DNA of 64,000 nt, taken from positions 32,001-96,000 of IMG/VR virus record IMGVR_UViG_3300035670_000065; one strand, written 5' to 3'. A program made the position numbers and the translations under genes. The notes below the pieces were generated by a model. It worked only from the letters and a program-made list of their open reading frames with translations. It had not been told where the DNA came from and did not search any database. Positions 29,201 through 38,219 of this stretch are shown in pieces (position 1 is the stretch's first letter; each line of letters opens with the position of its first letter). Source of the DNA: a virus.

Positions 29201-32086
29201 AGCCTCAGTTCCTTCAGCACCTGATAGAATAGCTTTAGATAACCCTAAAGAAGCTTTAGCTTTAGCCCTCTCCATGCCTGCTTCCATTTCAACTAAGGAG
29301 GCTCTTATTCCTTCTAGCAGACTAGCTTTTAGGGATTCTTTTAACTTTTCTTGCTCAGTTTTTAAGTCCTTTATTCTGTTAGTAACTCCAATTATTGCAG
29401 TACCATATAAACTCATCTGACGGGATTGTTCCTCAGTTATGCCTTCGCCTGCTTGCATAGCGTAGTTAATTTCATCCCGTAGTTTAGCTTCTTCTTTCTG
29501 AAATTTAGCTTTATCTTCGGAGTACTTTTTCTCTAAATTAGCTATCTCCTCAATTGCCGGTCTCATGGCTAAGAGTTTCTGTTGCTCCCCTTCGGGCAGT
29601 AGCTTTAAGGTTCCCGTATCAGAGATAATTTTAGTTAAGGAGGCCATACCCTCTTCAGCGGTTGTTATACCAGTAACCAGTTCTTGGAAACCTTTAGCAG
29701 AAGTTTGAGCAATTTTAGCTACAGGATCTGACACGGCTAGAGAATTAACATACGTGTCATATTCTTTAGTGGCTGCGGTTAGACTCTCGAAACCTGATTT
29801 GATTTTAGAAATAGGGTTATTAATGTCATTACTAGCTTCTTGCCAAGCTTTGCCAATTTGTTTAGCAGCTTCCGGAGCTTTGTCCATTAAGTCATTTAAA
29901 GCAGCTTCTAGCAGCTTAGGGTCACCCAGCAACAATTTAGGGTCAAGGCCGGCTTTTGTTAGCTTGCTATTTAACCTATCTTTAACATCGGAACTATCAA
30001 TTAACTTAATACCTTCAGTTAAAGATTTTGATAAACTTTTCGCAATATCATTTTTAGCACTACCTCCAAATAGTCCCTTAACCCAGTCTTTAGCCTTATC
30101 CCACCCAGAAGCTTCGTCTAAGGTCTTAGCAAAAGATTTACCTGTTTTATTAATAGAGTCACTTAACTCATTAAAGGCCTGAGCTTTAGCAGATATGGAT
30201 TCTACTCCTATACGCTCTAAGGGGTCTTTTTCAGCTATAAAAGATAGGGTTCTCTGGGCTCCTTCTGCTGCGGAATCCAGGGTTTTTAAGTCCTCTGAAA
30301 ATTCTTCGGCAGCTTTTCCATTTTTAGAGAAAAGTTTATCAAGCCCTGCAAGTGCTATGGCTCCTATAGCTATCACCATAAATATCTGGTTAATAGCGGC
30401 ACTTAGTAGCTCTACCCCTACCATAGCCAATCTTGCCGCGGCACCTAGTCTAATATACGCCGCCCCTAGCATTCCTATTCTGGCTCCACCTTCTCCTACG
30501 GCGGCATTGTGTCTAGCAATGTCTGCTCCTATCTCTTTCCAGGCATATTTGATGCCACCAGTTTCCGCATTTTCTACTACGGAGTTACTAATACGGCGAG
30601 ATCCTGCACGTCTAGTTAGTCTATCAGCATTTCTCTGTCTTAAATCTAGTTCACGGTCTGGAGCATCACTTCTACCTTCTGCAGCTTCTGCAGCTTGTTG
30701 AGCCGCAGTTACGGCCCTTATTTCCCCCTGTAAAGCAATGTACGCTAATCTCTTGTCATTTAGGGACTTAAGGGCTGCCTCATTCGCCAGTTTTTCGGCT
30801 CCGCTACTTTGTTGTACTTTAGCAGACATATTTGTAATAGCAGTATCTATGGCAGATAGTTTTTTACCTGTCTCTGCCGCAGCTAGTCCAAGATCTTTGG
30901 CCCCTCCTGCTATTGCATAAAATGTGGCGCTTTTCTTACCAAATAATTTGTTCTCTTCCATTAGCTGTACGGCTTTAACTCTCGAAGCTTCTGCAACTTT
31001 GTCGTATTCCGCAGCTTCAACACCATACTTATTAGATTTAAACTCAGCTAAACTAGTATTAATGCGCTTTGCTCTGGCTTCTGCCTCGTCTGCTGCGGCT
31101 GCTAATCCCCCTCTCCATTGAGAGAGGGCAGGGATGGCCTTACTTAGAAGCATTCCAGCTATTCCAGCCATTGCAGCCCCTAAAGCTACTGGAGATTCAC
31201 CCAGTATTTTAGCAATGGGTCCTAAAACTTTATTTATTAACTGTCCACCAGCTATTGCTAAGTTGGTAAATGTTGCCAGCAATTTCTGATACGGGTTAGC
31301 GTCTATATTAATAGATCCAAACTTCTTCTCACCCTGTTCAAGTACTGCAATAGCAAAAGACTGGCGTTTTTCAAATTCTGTTAACTGTGTAGCTGTCTTT
31401 CCTAGGGTTATAGCATAGTCTCTGGCTGCGCGGTCTACCTTAACCATAATGCCTAGTTCGTCTAGTAATTCTGGCTCAATTTTAGTAATACCACGGGATA
31501 GGCGACTAAGAGCATCTCCCATATCACGACCTAGTGCCTGTGATGCAGTTTTTGCAATCTTAGTCATACGTTCCATCTGTTGACTTGTAAGACCTGCTGC
31601 GTTGCCCTGAGCTACCGCAGCCATACTTTCCTTCATATTTACTGCGCCATCACTGATCTCAGACATGCGTTTAGCAAGAGTACCAAGATTCTTTCCACTA
31701 GCTGCGCCTAGCTGATTTAAGCCCTCTACCATGTTTGTAACGTCTGCGGCTTTGCTAAGAGCATTGAACGCGGCACTAACGGCGAAGATATTGGCGGCGA
31801 ATGTAGCATAGACGTGCACAAGCCCGCCTAAGCCTTGGGCTTGGCGTGCGAAGTCTCGGGATCCTCCACGTTCCATACTACCAGCAGTTCCACGTCCTAA
31901 GCCTTCGGCTGTAGGACCATCTTGGGGCCTGGCTGCGCGTGCAGCGCTGGTTTGCGAAGCTGGTCGAATATTATTAGCAATATTCTGCGCTCTACTTAGT
32001 TCTCTGTTTAACCCCTGGGCATCTCTTGTAGCTTGTGAGATGTCAGTATTAAGGTTAAGACGCATATTAATAGTATTACTCGTCAT
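23279..32086 (-). CDS. Tape measure protein
   Basis: 2935 aa, helical; T5 pb2-like N-terminus (YATFAANIFAVSAAF..L, EPELLDELGI); C-terminal DUF4214-like repeats and VGEEGPEL motif. Confidence 0.9.
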   Translation of the reverse strand: MTSNTINMRLNLNTDISQATRDAQGLNRELSRAQNIANNIRPASQTSAARAARPQDGPTAEGLGRGTAGSMERGGSRDFARQAQGLGGLVHVYATFAANIFAVSAAFNALSKAADVTNMVEGLNQLGAASGKNLGTLAKRMSEISDGAVNMKESMAAVAQGNAAGLTSQQMERMTKIAKTASQALGRDMGDALSRLSRGITKIEPELLDELGIMVKVDRAARDYAITLGKTATQLTEFEKRQSFAIAVLEQGEKKFGSINIDANPYQKLLATFTNLAIAGGQLINKVLGPIAKILGESPVALGAAMAGIAGMLLSKAIPALSQWRGGLAAAADEAEARAKRINTSLAEFKSNKYGVEAAEYDKVAEASRVKAVQLMEENKLFGKKSATFYAIAGGAKDLGLAAAETGKKLSAIDTAITNMSAKVQQSSGAEKLANEAALKSLNDKRLAYIALQGEIRAVTAAQQAAEAAEGRSDAPDRELDLRQRNADRLTRRAGSRRISNSVVENAETGGIKYAWKEIGADIARHNAAVGEGGARIGMLGAAYIRLGAAARLAMVGVELLSAAINQIFMVIAIGAIALAGLDKLFSKNGKAAEEFSEDLKTLDSAAEGAQRTLSFIAEKDPLERIGVESISAKAQAFNELSDSINKTGKSFAKTLDEASGWDKAKDWVKGLFGGSAKNDIAKSLSKSLTEGIKLIDSSDVKDRLNSKLTKAGLDPKLLLGDPKLLEAALNDLMDKAPEAAKQIGKAWQEASNDINNPISKIKSGFESLTAATKEYDTYVNSLAVSDPVAKIAQTSAKGFQELVTGITTAEEGMASLTKIISDTGTLKLLPEGEQQKLLAMRPAIEEIANLEKKYSEDKAKFQKEEAKLRDEINYAMQAGEGITEEQSRQMSLYGTAIIGVTNRIKDLKTEQEKLKESLKASLLEGIRASLVEMEAGMERAKAKASLGLSKAILSGAEGTEAVKARGAIAQQEIGIEQQAIDSRFKLLLSQEGLKLSNERLIAVNQLALKLKDNPDALKPGQEDPTAKKLVDLIDSLKVSEGKLKAVQAGTADGKSLKGDDNLSGAQGALMARDEQKYAAALKSQEASLTNQREIRAEALKQTQKSLALKKEELDNEAKRLDFLIKEEGIYANKSISAKLAIDAQQRDLEISKLATEQVAEAAKFEELISRSKGNKKLIAQQEGLKAQSNKGFDEKIEQARFAYIEKAGAAAEVAFTNEAKIASIKDQNSLKDKTNLENLTQAQESNATSQLDRLKELGAITELEHVKSLNRIEAEASQRKQALELEKQALADKEAQTGVQGKISNIDASIQAAKDSSEPNTALIDDLNASRQKQVDLLVALVLQQNAVRDSTIAVNDATNAGADAAAKYKEEMAGISALLKDTEEFGRSLSAVFGDVGDSIADGLSKGVKALTDFTSKQEGLDKNLIDQKLKALKEYGADTKEFYEADAKIEKKYQKDSLKNQLDVIGTGAGAFKKMFSEKTVAYKVLDGIEKTMHMAKMAMMVVEFTKEISLLGSKISAIIAGGTAEVAVEGAVTAAHAASIPVKTAAGAASMFSTMGPLGFAAVAAMLAIMSSLGGGSSASVSIPTGITAEERQEKQGTGSVLGDSTAKSDSIRSGIEILAEHSFEMLDYNQSMLRALRSVDVNIAEMAGGIARSTNILSKTSSFGTVEGKSGGGGGGLASLIFGSSSSSTEIVDKGLIIKGTSSAIKNVTAIVNEYETVATHWQDSGFLGFGADSGTSISENIKKVTGEVPKQLSLVFKEMDTSISEGLSTLGYTIQAIDPIMKSLEDVPIDLRVSLQGLKGDEIADALQGVFSKAFDSLITKATPWIEAFQQVGEGLGETFIRLAGQLRTVTLSFEQAGINFLDSQELLDKYNRGERVLGFLNPKTPQFGPTIANPVVNSASIGLAQDKVASAKSKLDGIIKDKVDSYLVKDLVSQGSADSDPVYNTRAATTKEKEAYKEVLANNMLTSSSKEVQSAAKELADAEKELADATRTGANDAEAFVYQVIKLQDSLVKGAGGLESFTEKMEFYTDNFLTETEKLDPVRFRLFNTFQDTRAASGKDNALGDAIPGLGKQLKDFGLQVPKTKAEFKSAFTTVSESLSTTGQAGIDLLNSLLDVMPAFEAVASAEEARAQLLFDTNVAIQEVSGGMLDQFQAQEALTTSTRANILATEDLSSANIAAYESLWKLEDGAKKAELFGISISGMQDNIMDSFKDGKNVGKELGTYLADSLSIGLANTFASQVGSIIMNTVVTPLMKNVVIGEGVVKLASNISVAGMITTAQEQITKLSTVFKTLLSSPEWKNLIASLSSGFNIDMPDFGVRDIQLRKDAEKDSKKDAEDSAKKLADILKQLAEDTKKAERELARLGLSTWERQQAEVNDKVEDYTAKLLEVGATLEQVTSSTSTYAAAQLALYKAQNKRAADNKVTEITDRIFEITSTAAQKALVDIDKQTAAFTKFFEDIGQLTSETEKLIGTFRKALVAQQQLALNNQKLTLEQRIYNLTGRESQANAISREQELSGTSEQFKPILEYIYALEDAKEIQEKLNDTYTESVKVLRDNVKALRDYKKSLLLSDSSTLTPTQKYGEAKSQYEATVIAALTRGSTEAEKTAQQAAIDKLPEVSDKFLEASRGLFASSAQYTQDFNSVLQMLDSTAISLSAQADVEQLQLDALGIIATNTQTTAQLTAQLGIAMDAVKNTLGAAIAAGSGAAGGSYTQPNIYNDLVSGLYKDTLGRKGESTGMDYWMGQLSSGALDTTTITKAFNNEAYKEIVNDLYYKGLGRAPEQAGYDYWLTQLQTGAVGLSNIKGVFAHSASQNGEVFRQYARGGLASGMSLVGEEGPELVDFATPARVYPAGQTMGMLSTNNTELLQELKYLREEVKRMREEQIKHTGSLITSTYDSSNRMAEAVAEAVDTAVSEVVWADRSKVRMV

Positions 32087-32129
32087 GTGTTACCTCGCAC
32101 GAATTTTTGCATATAATTTCAATTGTCCT

Positions 32130-32158
32130 ATTATACCACTACACATACCCTATGTCAA
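32130..32158 (-). promoter_or_regulatory. sigma70 promoter for the TMP operon
   Basis: TTGACA-17-TATAAT. Confidence 0.85.
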
Positions 32159-32200
32159 GGATAAAATTTTTTGAGCATTAGCAATAAAAAAGGCCACCAA

Positions 32201-32581
32201 TTACTTGGTAGCCTTTTGTTTGTGCTTTGCATTTAGTATTTCACTTCGCTGTCTATCAAGAAGATTTAGTATGAAGTATATAGTTTTTGGATCCTCTATA
32301 CCTACGATATTAAATACATCCGATACACCTGCCATGACTTTACCCATGTAGACACCGTTCATATCATCCCAATTATCTTGGAGCATGTTATAAACAGTCA
32401 TTGCCTCCTGGACCTCGTCTGGTAAATCAGCGTATTCAAGCGGAATTTCCTCATCTATAGGGTCAGTACCCATCATTTCACACATTTCAAAGTACTGATC
32501 TTTGGTCATTCCTGCCTGACTATTCTGATAGAAGGACTTTATTTGGTCGTTGACTTTGTCCCACTGGGCAGCTGAAAATTT
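32201..32581 (-). CDS. Tail assembly chaperone, -1 frameshift extension
   Basis: Frame open from the slippery A AAT TTT (32575-32581) through SAAQWDKVNDQIKSFYQNSQAG into MTKDQYFEMCE. Confidence 0.75.
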   Translation of the reverse strand, partial: KFSAAQWDKVNDQIKSFYQNSQAGMTKDQYFEMCEMMGTDPIDEEIPLEYADLPDEVQEAMTVYNMLQDNWDDMNGVYMGKVMAGVSDVFNIVGIEDPKTIYFILNLLDRQRSEILNAKHKQKATK

Positions 32582-32970
32582 GATAGTTCGGTCACCGTTT
32601 CGCTAACGAAAGAGTCAAAGTTAGAACTAGCCTTCATTAGATACAATGCGTTTTCACGAGAGTATCCTAGGAAATCATCTGGCTTTTGTCCAGATACATC
32701 CACAGGGGCTAACTGTTCTAAGTAAGAAAACTTTAGGCCTTCCCAGCCGCGGATACAACTATCAACATATAGTTGTAGGAATAGATCATCATTCAGCGAC
32801 TCTACTGGTTGACGATTTTTATACTCCAGTTTTGTGGCCTTTTTTCTAATTTTCATTAGTTCTTCACGAGAAAGGAAGGATAGTTTTAGTTTGAAATCCT
32901 GCATTCCAGGATATTCTACTTCCACTTCTTTAGTAGGAACTAGGAGGCTCTTAAGACTGATTTCTGACAT
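32539..32970 (-). CDS. Tail assembly chaperone
   Basis: 143 aa between tail tube and TMP; T5-like synteny. Confidence 0.8.
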   Translation of the reverse strand: MSEISLKSLLVPTKEVEVEYPGMQDFKLKLSFLSREELMKIRKKATKLEYKNRQPVESLNDDLFLQLYVDSCIRGWEGLKFSYLEQLAPVDVSGQKPDDFLGYSRENALYLMKASSNFDSFVSETVTELSNFQLPSGTKSTTK

Positions 32971-33039
32971 TTAGTGTTACCTTATTATAGTTATAGAAAA
33001 AAGAGGGTGGGCAAGCTTAAAACCCACCCCCGTAAAACA

Positions 33040-34500
33040 TTAAGCTGAGTAGTAACGAGCCGTTAAGTCGTTAGTGTTCTCAATATCGAACGTACCAGTA
33101 GTATTAGCAGTATCTGTACCTTGTGCGTTGAAGGTGATCGTTGTAGCAACAACGTCAGCAATATCAACAGAAGGAATACCGATCATAGCACCAGGCATAT
33201 CTAGCTCAACACGAGTAGGAGCTGTAGATCCACCAATTTGGAAACCTAAAGCATACTTAGTGTCAGTTGCAGTTGCGGAAGCAGTTAGAAGATCCTTTAG
33301 AAGAGTAGCTGTTTGAGGTTTATTCTCAAAAGTACCTGTTCTTAAGTATGCATTCATACTACCAGAGATAGAACGTGCACCTGTGTAGTATCCGATAGGA
33401 ACGTTTAGGGTTCCGATATTGTTAGGTGTAATATAGTTAATGTTGTTAGCAATAGTAATATTACCACCAGTTAGAACGACAGAGTAGGCTGTACCATCAG
33501 TACCGCTATTTTTACTTACTAGAGTTACGGTTGATAACTTGTTTGTAATATAGTTAGCTGTAGTAATCTTACCTGTAGCTGTTCCTGTTAGACCACCAGA
33601 GAATACTGGATCTTGATCTGTACTTAGGGCAGCATTAGTAGCTAGCTGATTCAGTTTAGTACCTTTAGCTGTCCAATTGATCATTGCGATAGCATCTAGA
33701 CCGAAATCAATCTGAGCCTGATCTAGTGCGCAGTTATCAATAGTATAAGTTGAGCCATCTACTACGAAGATAAACCCTAGGGTTTGTAGTTGATTACGTC
33801 CTGATACTGCTGAAGTAACTTGACCGTACGACGTTGTGATACCAGTAGCGGTTGGGTACTCTACCCATGCTGCCTCAGTAAATTTAACTGACGCGCTGGC
33901 GGTCACACCTGTGAATCCTGTACCTAGACCAACTGCTGGAGCTGTTAGATACTCGAAAACAATTGCGCTAGCGGTATTACTAACAATCTTAGCAGGAGCG
34001 TTAGCTTCTTTAGGAGCTGCAGTACCTGTTAGACCACTAATATTGTAGATCTTGCCTACAGTTAGTGTAGTGGCCATCGAAGTACCGGTTAAGGTAGCTG
34101 TAGGGGTGGCTGTAGTTGTGCGTGAAAGCGCGTGGCCTGTTCCGCCAACTGTAACACCTGTATCACCGATCGCTACAGAACCTAGTAGGGCGTTCCATAG
34201 AACACGCTCTTCGGCGGTAGCTTGGTTAGTTGCTAAACGTGGACGAATGTATGTTGAGAAAGTAATATCCACAGGGTTAAGAGCAGTATTGAACGCACGC
34301 TGTCCACGGATAGGCGTTGTACCTGCTTCATTGATCTGGATATTAGTTGTATTCGTTGCCTGTGAGAACTTAAAACCATCAAGAACCTGAACTTCAAAGG
34401 TATTTGCAGTTGTAAGACCAGTAGTAATTACTGCACCTGTGGCAGTATTAACGTTCGTAGTAACGAATACTCTAGAATTTCTTGCTAAATTATAGGCCAT
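33040..34500 (-). CDS. Major tail tube protein (T5 pb6-like)
   Basis: L.RN.RVFV, EVQVLDGF.FSQ, FN.AL.P....FSTYIRP, YI.NKLS; terminator-like hairpin at about 33005-33030. Confidence 0.85.
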   Translation of the reverse strand: MAYNLARNSRVFVTTNVNTATGAVITTGLTTANTFEVQVLDGFKFSQATNTTNIQINEAGTTPIRGQRAFNTALNPVDITFSTYIRPRLATNQATAEERVLWNALLGSVAIGDTGVTVGGTGHALSRTTTATPTATLTGTSMATTLTVGKIYNISGLTGTAAPKEANAPAKIVSNTASAIVFEYLTAPAVGLGTGFTGVTASASVKFTEAAWVEYPTATGITTSYGQVTSAVSGRNQLQTLGFIFVVDGSTYTIDNCALDQAQIDFGLDAIAMINWTAKGTKLNQLATNAALSTDQDPVFSGGLTGTATGKITTANYITNKLSTVTLVSKNSGTDGTAYSVVLTGGNITIANNINYITPNNIGTLNVPIGYYTGARSISGSMNAYLRTGTFENKPQTATLLKDLLTASATATDTKYALGFQIGGSTAPTRVELDMPGAMIGIPSVDIADVVATTITFNAQGTDTANTTGTFDIENTNDLTARYYSA

Positions 34501-34565
34501 ATTTATTCCTCGATATGGTTATTGTACCTACTAACACTATAACTAGACATTTATCTGTTGTTGTG

Positions 34566-35009
34566 CTAGGACAGTACGGGGTACTGGACAGTAATGTTAA
34601 CTTCACCCACTCCGTATGGCTCTAACAGTCCTTCATCTGTTACGATTGAATTGATTAGTATTTCAGTCGTTTGAGCTCCGGCGGTTTCAGTATCATACAC
34701 TAAAGTCCGGTTTGCGTCGATTACCTTCTCTACATCTTCTAGAAGGTTCTCTAGTTCGATTGCAGGGTCTTCACCCTTAACATAAAGCTTAAGAGATATT
34801 CCTAGAAAGCCCCATTTGAAGCCTCCAGGGTGATAGTCTCTGGATTCTGATCCGGTTGACATATAAACGGCGGGGAAATCCATAACTTCGTCCCAAAATT
34901 TCAATTTAGGGTATGCATTACCATATATATTAGTAGTATATGGTGCCTCACCGTTTATTAACTTTAACTTCTCTGCTAGAGCCTTGGCAATAGATGTTCT
35001 TACGCTCAT
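34566..35009 (-). CDS. Tail terminator protein (T5 p142-like)
   Basis: RTSIA.AL, F.DEV.DFP, TDEGLL.PYG.GE. Confidence 0.8.
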   Translation of the reverse strand: MSVRTSIAKALAEKLKLINGEAPYTTNIYGNAYPKLKFWDEVMDFPAVYMSTGSESRDYHPGGFKWGFLGISLKLYVKGEDPAIELENLLEDVEKVIDANRTLVYDTETAGAQTTEILINSIVTDEGLLEPYGVGEVNITVQYPVLS

Positions 35010-35012
35010 AGT

Positions 35013-35654
35013 CTAAGTTACCTCGAAATAATTACTTTTTCGTAAATTTTCCTCGGGCGTAAGGTATTGCAAATTGAAAATATTATGCAAGCCACTAACT
35101 AGAGGGTGGTTTATAGGTACTATATGATCTATATGTACCCCTTTTGGTCTGTTATTATAGAAGTCTGCTAAACCTTCCTGACCAAATAGCGTAGTCTGAG
35201 ATTGTACTTTAACTCTCCTACGCTGCTTTTTATTATAATAGTAAGCCTTGTTTTTAGAATAGTGTGCTTTACAATACTCTCTATGATATTGAACATCCCT
35301 TGTTTCTTTAGAGCATTCTTTGCAAGTATACCTAATTCCTTTAGTATTCACGTTAGTTTTACTAAAGTTTTCTAGTTCTTTTATCTGATTGCAAATAGTG
35401 CAACACGCTTTACCTACCTGCTCAAGTAACGCTAGTCTTAACGTTCTATTACCAATACAGTTTAACTGGGGATAGCAAGGTAAGTATTCTTTTAACCTAT
35501 TCCGGACAACTATTCTACCGATTTCATAGAATTCTGCAATATTATTAATAGTTTCCAAAGTTAATACTGCATCACAGAACTCAGATATAGGAATGGATAG
35601 GTTATTACGTTTATTTAAAATGAAAGTTTTGGTGTTAAATAATTGCTCTATCAT
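35013..35654 (-). CDS. HNH homing endonuclease
   Basis: CxxC...CxxC; HIDHIVP...VSGLH...NLQYL...EN..KSN. Confidence 0.85.
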   Translation of the reverse strand: MIEQLFNTKTFILNKRNNLSIPISEFCDAVLTLETINNIAEFYEIGRIVVRNRLKEYLPCYPQLNCIGNRTLRLALLEQVGKACCTICNQIKELENFSKTNVNTKGIRYTCKECSKETRDVQYHREYCKAHYSKNKAYYYNKKQRRRVKVQSQTTLFGQEGLADFYNNRPKGVHIDHIVPINHPLVSGLHNIFNLQYLTPEENLRKSNYFEVT

Positions 35655-37567
35655 ATAGATACTGATCTTAGCCTATTTCCTACGATTGTTGAGGCAATCT
35701 CTCTAATAGACTTAGAAATTAGGGTTTTTGGGTTTCTCTTTTCGGATCCTTGTAAGAATCCAGGTTGGAATGTTTGATACGGGTTCTTCATATAAGAGTA
35801 GAAAGCGGTAATCATACCTGCTCTAGACTCTGAAAGACGCTCTACTTTAGCAGACTCTGCAAAACGCCCTGTTCTATTTACTAGGGCGGGTTTCTTCATA
35901 TTTCGCTTAATTTGGTCGGCTAGTTGTGAATTAAGTAGGGTCTGTAAATGTACTAGATTCGTGGGTCTGACTGCTGAAGAGCTTGAACTAGTACCTACCT
36001 TTACGGTGTGCTCTCTAGTTTTTGAAGGCTTCGTTTTCGAAGGCTTGATAGACGTCTTAGTCTTACTACTCCGTACACTATCGATAGCTTTTTTAACACT
36101 ATCAATAGCTTCCTGAATACTATTATTCTTCGTATTCTTAGTAACTTTAGGAGTTACAGTATTTCCAGGATTAATAATGTTTTTACCAGTCTTTATAATA
36201 CTAGCAACATTTAGCTGTATAAACTCAAGAATACTGGGGCTGCCTCGGGCACCTAGAAGCTCTTGCCCTGTTTTTACACTATTAAGAGTTTTAATTAAAT
36301 GTGCTCGTAATTCCTGAGTAATCGTGGTGTCTCTCACTACCTTTCTAATCATCCATCTCGACTGAATCATTGCTGCCCTTAGGCTATCTAATACCTTACT
36401 TAGGCGTTTATCTTGTTCTAATTTGTTTAGCTCTGCGTATACTGCGTCATAAAGATCTTTTTGTATTAAGTCCTTCAACATCTCTTCATATGTAGCAGCT
36501 ACCGCTTCTTTGTACTCCTTAGTTCTTATATTAGATATAACTTTTTGTACCTCTTGCTTAGCATCTTGCTCAGCTTTTTGTCTAAAATCTCGTAGTTTAA
36601 AGGATACTATATTATTTACATCTTTTTCTATTTTGGAGATGGCCTCACCTATTGCACGAACCTGAGCTCCGGCTTTATTATTTAAAGTACTAAATTGTAA
36701 TTCAATAGTAGCGCTTGGGGAGGTAGCTGAGGTCATATTTTTTCTAGCTATGGCCCACAGTTCACTGGTTACAGACAGGTTAGAAGTTAACTCGTCTAAA
36801 GAGATCACGGACTTCATGATACCATCTGTAATACTATCTACACTAGCACTTAGGGAGCCCGTAACTCTATTTAAATAGGCATCGCGAGAGTTATTATAGT
36901 CCGCCCCCAGTAGGTTTCTTAATCTTAGGGTTAGTACTCCTGCTAAGTGGCCTGCCTGTAGGTTTACATTAATAAAGTCTATTACAGATATACCGCTGGT
37001 ATTTTTATAGTTGCTTTCTGAAGGATGTGTTTCCTTAAGGTACTGTATTACCAGTACTCTTAGTTGGGAGTGATTTAAGTTTTTAAATACTGCTTCAGTA
37101 TCATATAGCCGAGCCTCCGTTTTTCTCCCATCTAATTTTAAATCTAATACTTTATTGGCGGTTCCTGTGGCTTCCTTATTTCTGGGGTAGTAATTTTTCT
37201 TCTCAACTAACCACTTAGAGAAGGTAGGTTTAGAAATATCTGCATCTACCATCCGGAAGTTCTCAAGTAGTGAGGCGGCTCTTTCAGCAATCTTTAGTAA
37301 TTCAGGTGAGTCTGCGATAGATACCTCAGAGCCTTTTGTTGTTTGTACATAAAATGTATTAGATTTATCCTTAAACTGTTTGGCCAAGATACTAAAGGCA
37401 TCTATACTAATGACTCCAGTATTTCCTTGAGACCCCTTCTCTAGTGCAGGTCTGAGTACATCCTTAGCATCTAAAGATTTGGTTAAGTCTCTTCTATTTT
37501 GTACGGCTAGGATTACATTTTCTAAAATTCTTTTACCAAGTACAGAAGTAAACTCATTAACGCTCAT
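35651..37567 (-). CDS. Tail completion protein (T5 p143-like C-terminus) with long N-terminal extension
   Basis: C-terminal L.NRTGRFA, Y.YM..PY..F, RNP..LI..SI..IA; 638 aa. Confidence 0.65.
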   Translation of the reverse strand: MSVNEFTSVLGKRILENVILAVQNRRDLTKSLDAKDVLRPALEKGSQGNTGVISIDAFSILAKQFKDKSNTFYVQTTKGSEVSIADSPELLKIAERAASLLENFRMVDADISKPTFSKWLVEKKNYYPRNKEATGTANKVLDLKLDGRKTEARLYDTEAVFKNLNHSQLRVLVIQYLKETHPSESNYKNTSGISVIDFINVNLQAGHLAGVLTLRLRNLLGADYNNSRDAYLNRVTGSLSASVDSITDGIMKSVISLDELTSNLSVTSELWAIARKNMTSATSPSATIELQFSTLNNKAGAQVRAIGEAISKIEKDVNNIVSFKLRDFRQKAEQDAKQEVQKVISNIRTKEYKEAVAATYEEMLKDLIQKDLYDAVYAELNKLEQDKRLSKVLDSLRAAMIQSRWMIRKVVRDTTITQELRAHLIKTLNSVKTGQELLGARGSPSILEFIQLNVASIIKTGKNIINPGNTVTPKVTKNTKNNSIQEAIDSVKKAIDSVRSSKTKTSIKPSKTKPSKTREHTVKVGTSSSSSAVRPTNLVHLQTLLNSQLADQIKRNMKKPALVNRTGRFAESAKVERLSESRAGMITAFYSYMKNPYQTFQPGFLQGSEKRNPKTLISKSIREIASTIVGNRLRSVSI

Positions 37568-38136
37568 GACACATCCGCTAAATATAACTCCAACACGCGC
37601 TGGATATGGGAAGGTAATGTATTCTTGGTAATGTACTCGATCTGTACAGTATTAGATCCAGCATCTCGCTGTGACTTAACTGACATATCTGACTTCAGAT
37701 AATAAGTAATTAGATCAAGACAAGCGACCTTAATATCCTCTGGCAGTGTTTCGTATCCAGCCGTGTACACAACGCGATAGGCATTCAGTTGCTGTGGTAT
37801 AATCTCCCAGTTAAGAAAGTCTATATAGCCATCTTCTAAGTTAACTACATAATCTGTGAATTCTACTAAAGCGGTATAAGTAGCACCATAATCTGAACTA
37901 TACTCAACTGAGGAGATAGCTAGTACTGGGAACTCTTTTAAGTAGACACGTGCTGAACCGCTAGCGAATACATCCGTCTTAGCGTCATTAACGTAATCTA
38001 CAAAGGTTCTACGACAAGTACTTTTAACTAATGCAGAGGCTTTAGGGATAATAGATTTAATAGCATTATCTTGCGTAGCACTAGTAATTCCTATGTAGCT
38101 CTTATATTCTGCTAATGTAACGAGATCTGTTGCCAT
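37564..38136 (-). CDS. Head completion / head-tail connector
   Basis: LVTLAEYK.Y, Y.AGY...PED.K.A; directly after the capsid gene. Confidence 0.8.
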   Translation of the reverse strand: MATDLVTLAEYKSYIGITSATQDNAIKSIIPKASALVKSTCRRTFVDYVNDAKTDVFASGSARVYLKEFPVLAISSVEYSSDYGATYTALVEFTDYVVNLEDGYIDFLNWEIIPQQLNAYRVVYTAGYETLPEDIKVACLDLITYYLKSDMSVKSQRDAGSNTVQIEYITKNTLPSHIQRVLELYLADVS

Positions 38137-38186
38137 TTATTACTCCTTATATTCTTCTATGTAGACTTGTTAGAATCCACATAGAA

Positions 38187-38210
38187 GAAGAGGGACCGAA
38201 GTCCCTCTTC
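38187..38210 (-). terminator. Terminator after the major capsid gene
   Basis: GAAGAGGGAC-CGAA-GTCCCTCTTC (UUCG loop on the minus strand). Confidence 0.8.
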
Positions 38211-38219
38211 GAAGCTATA

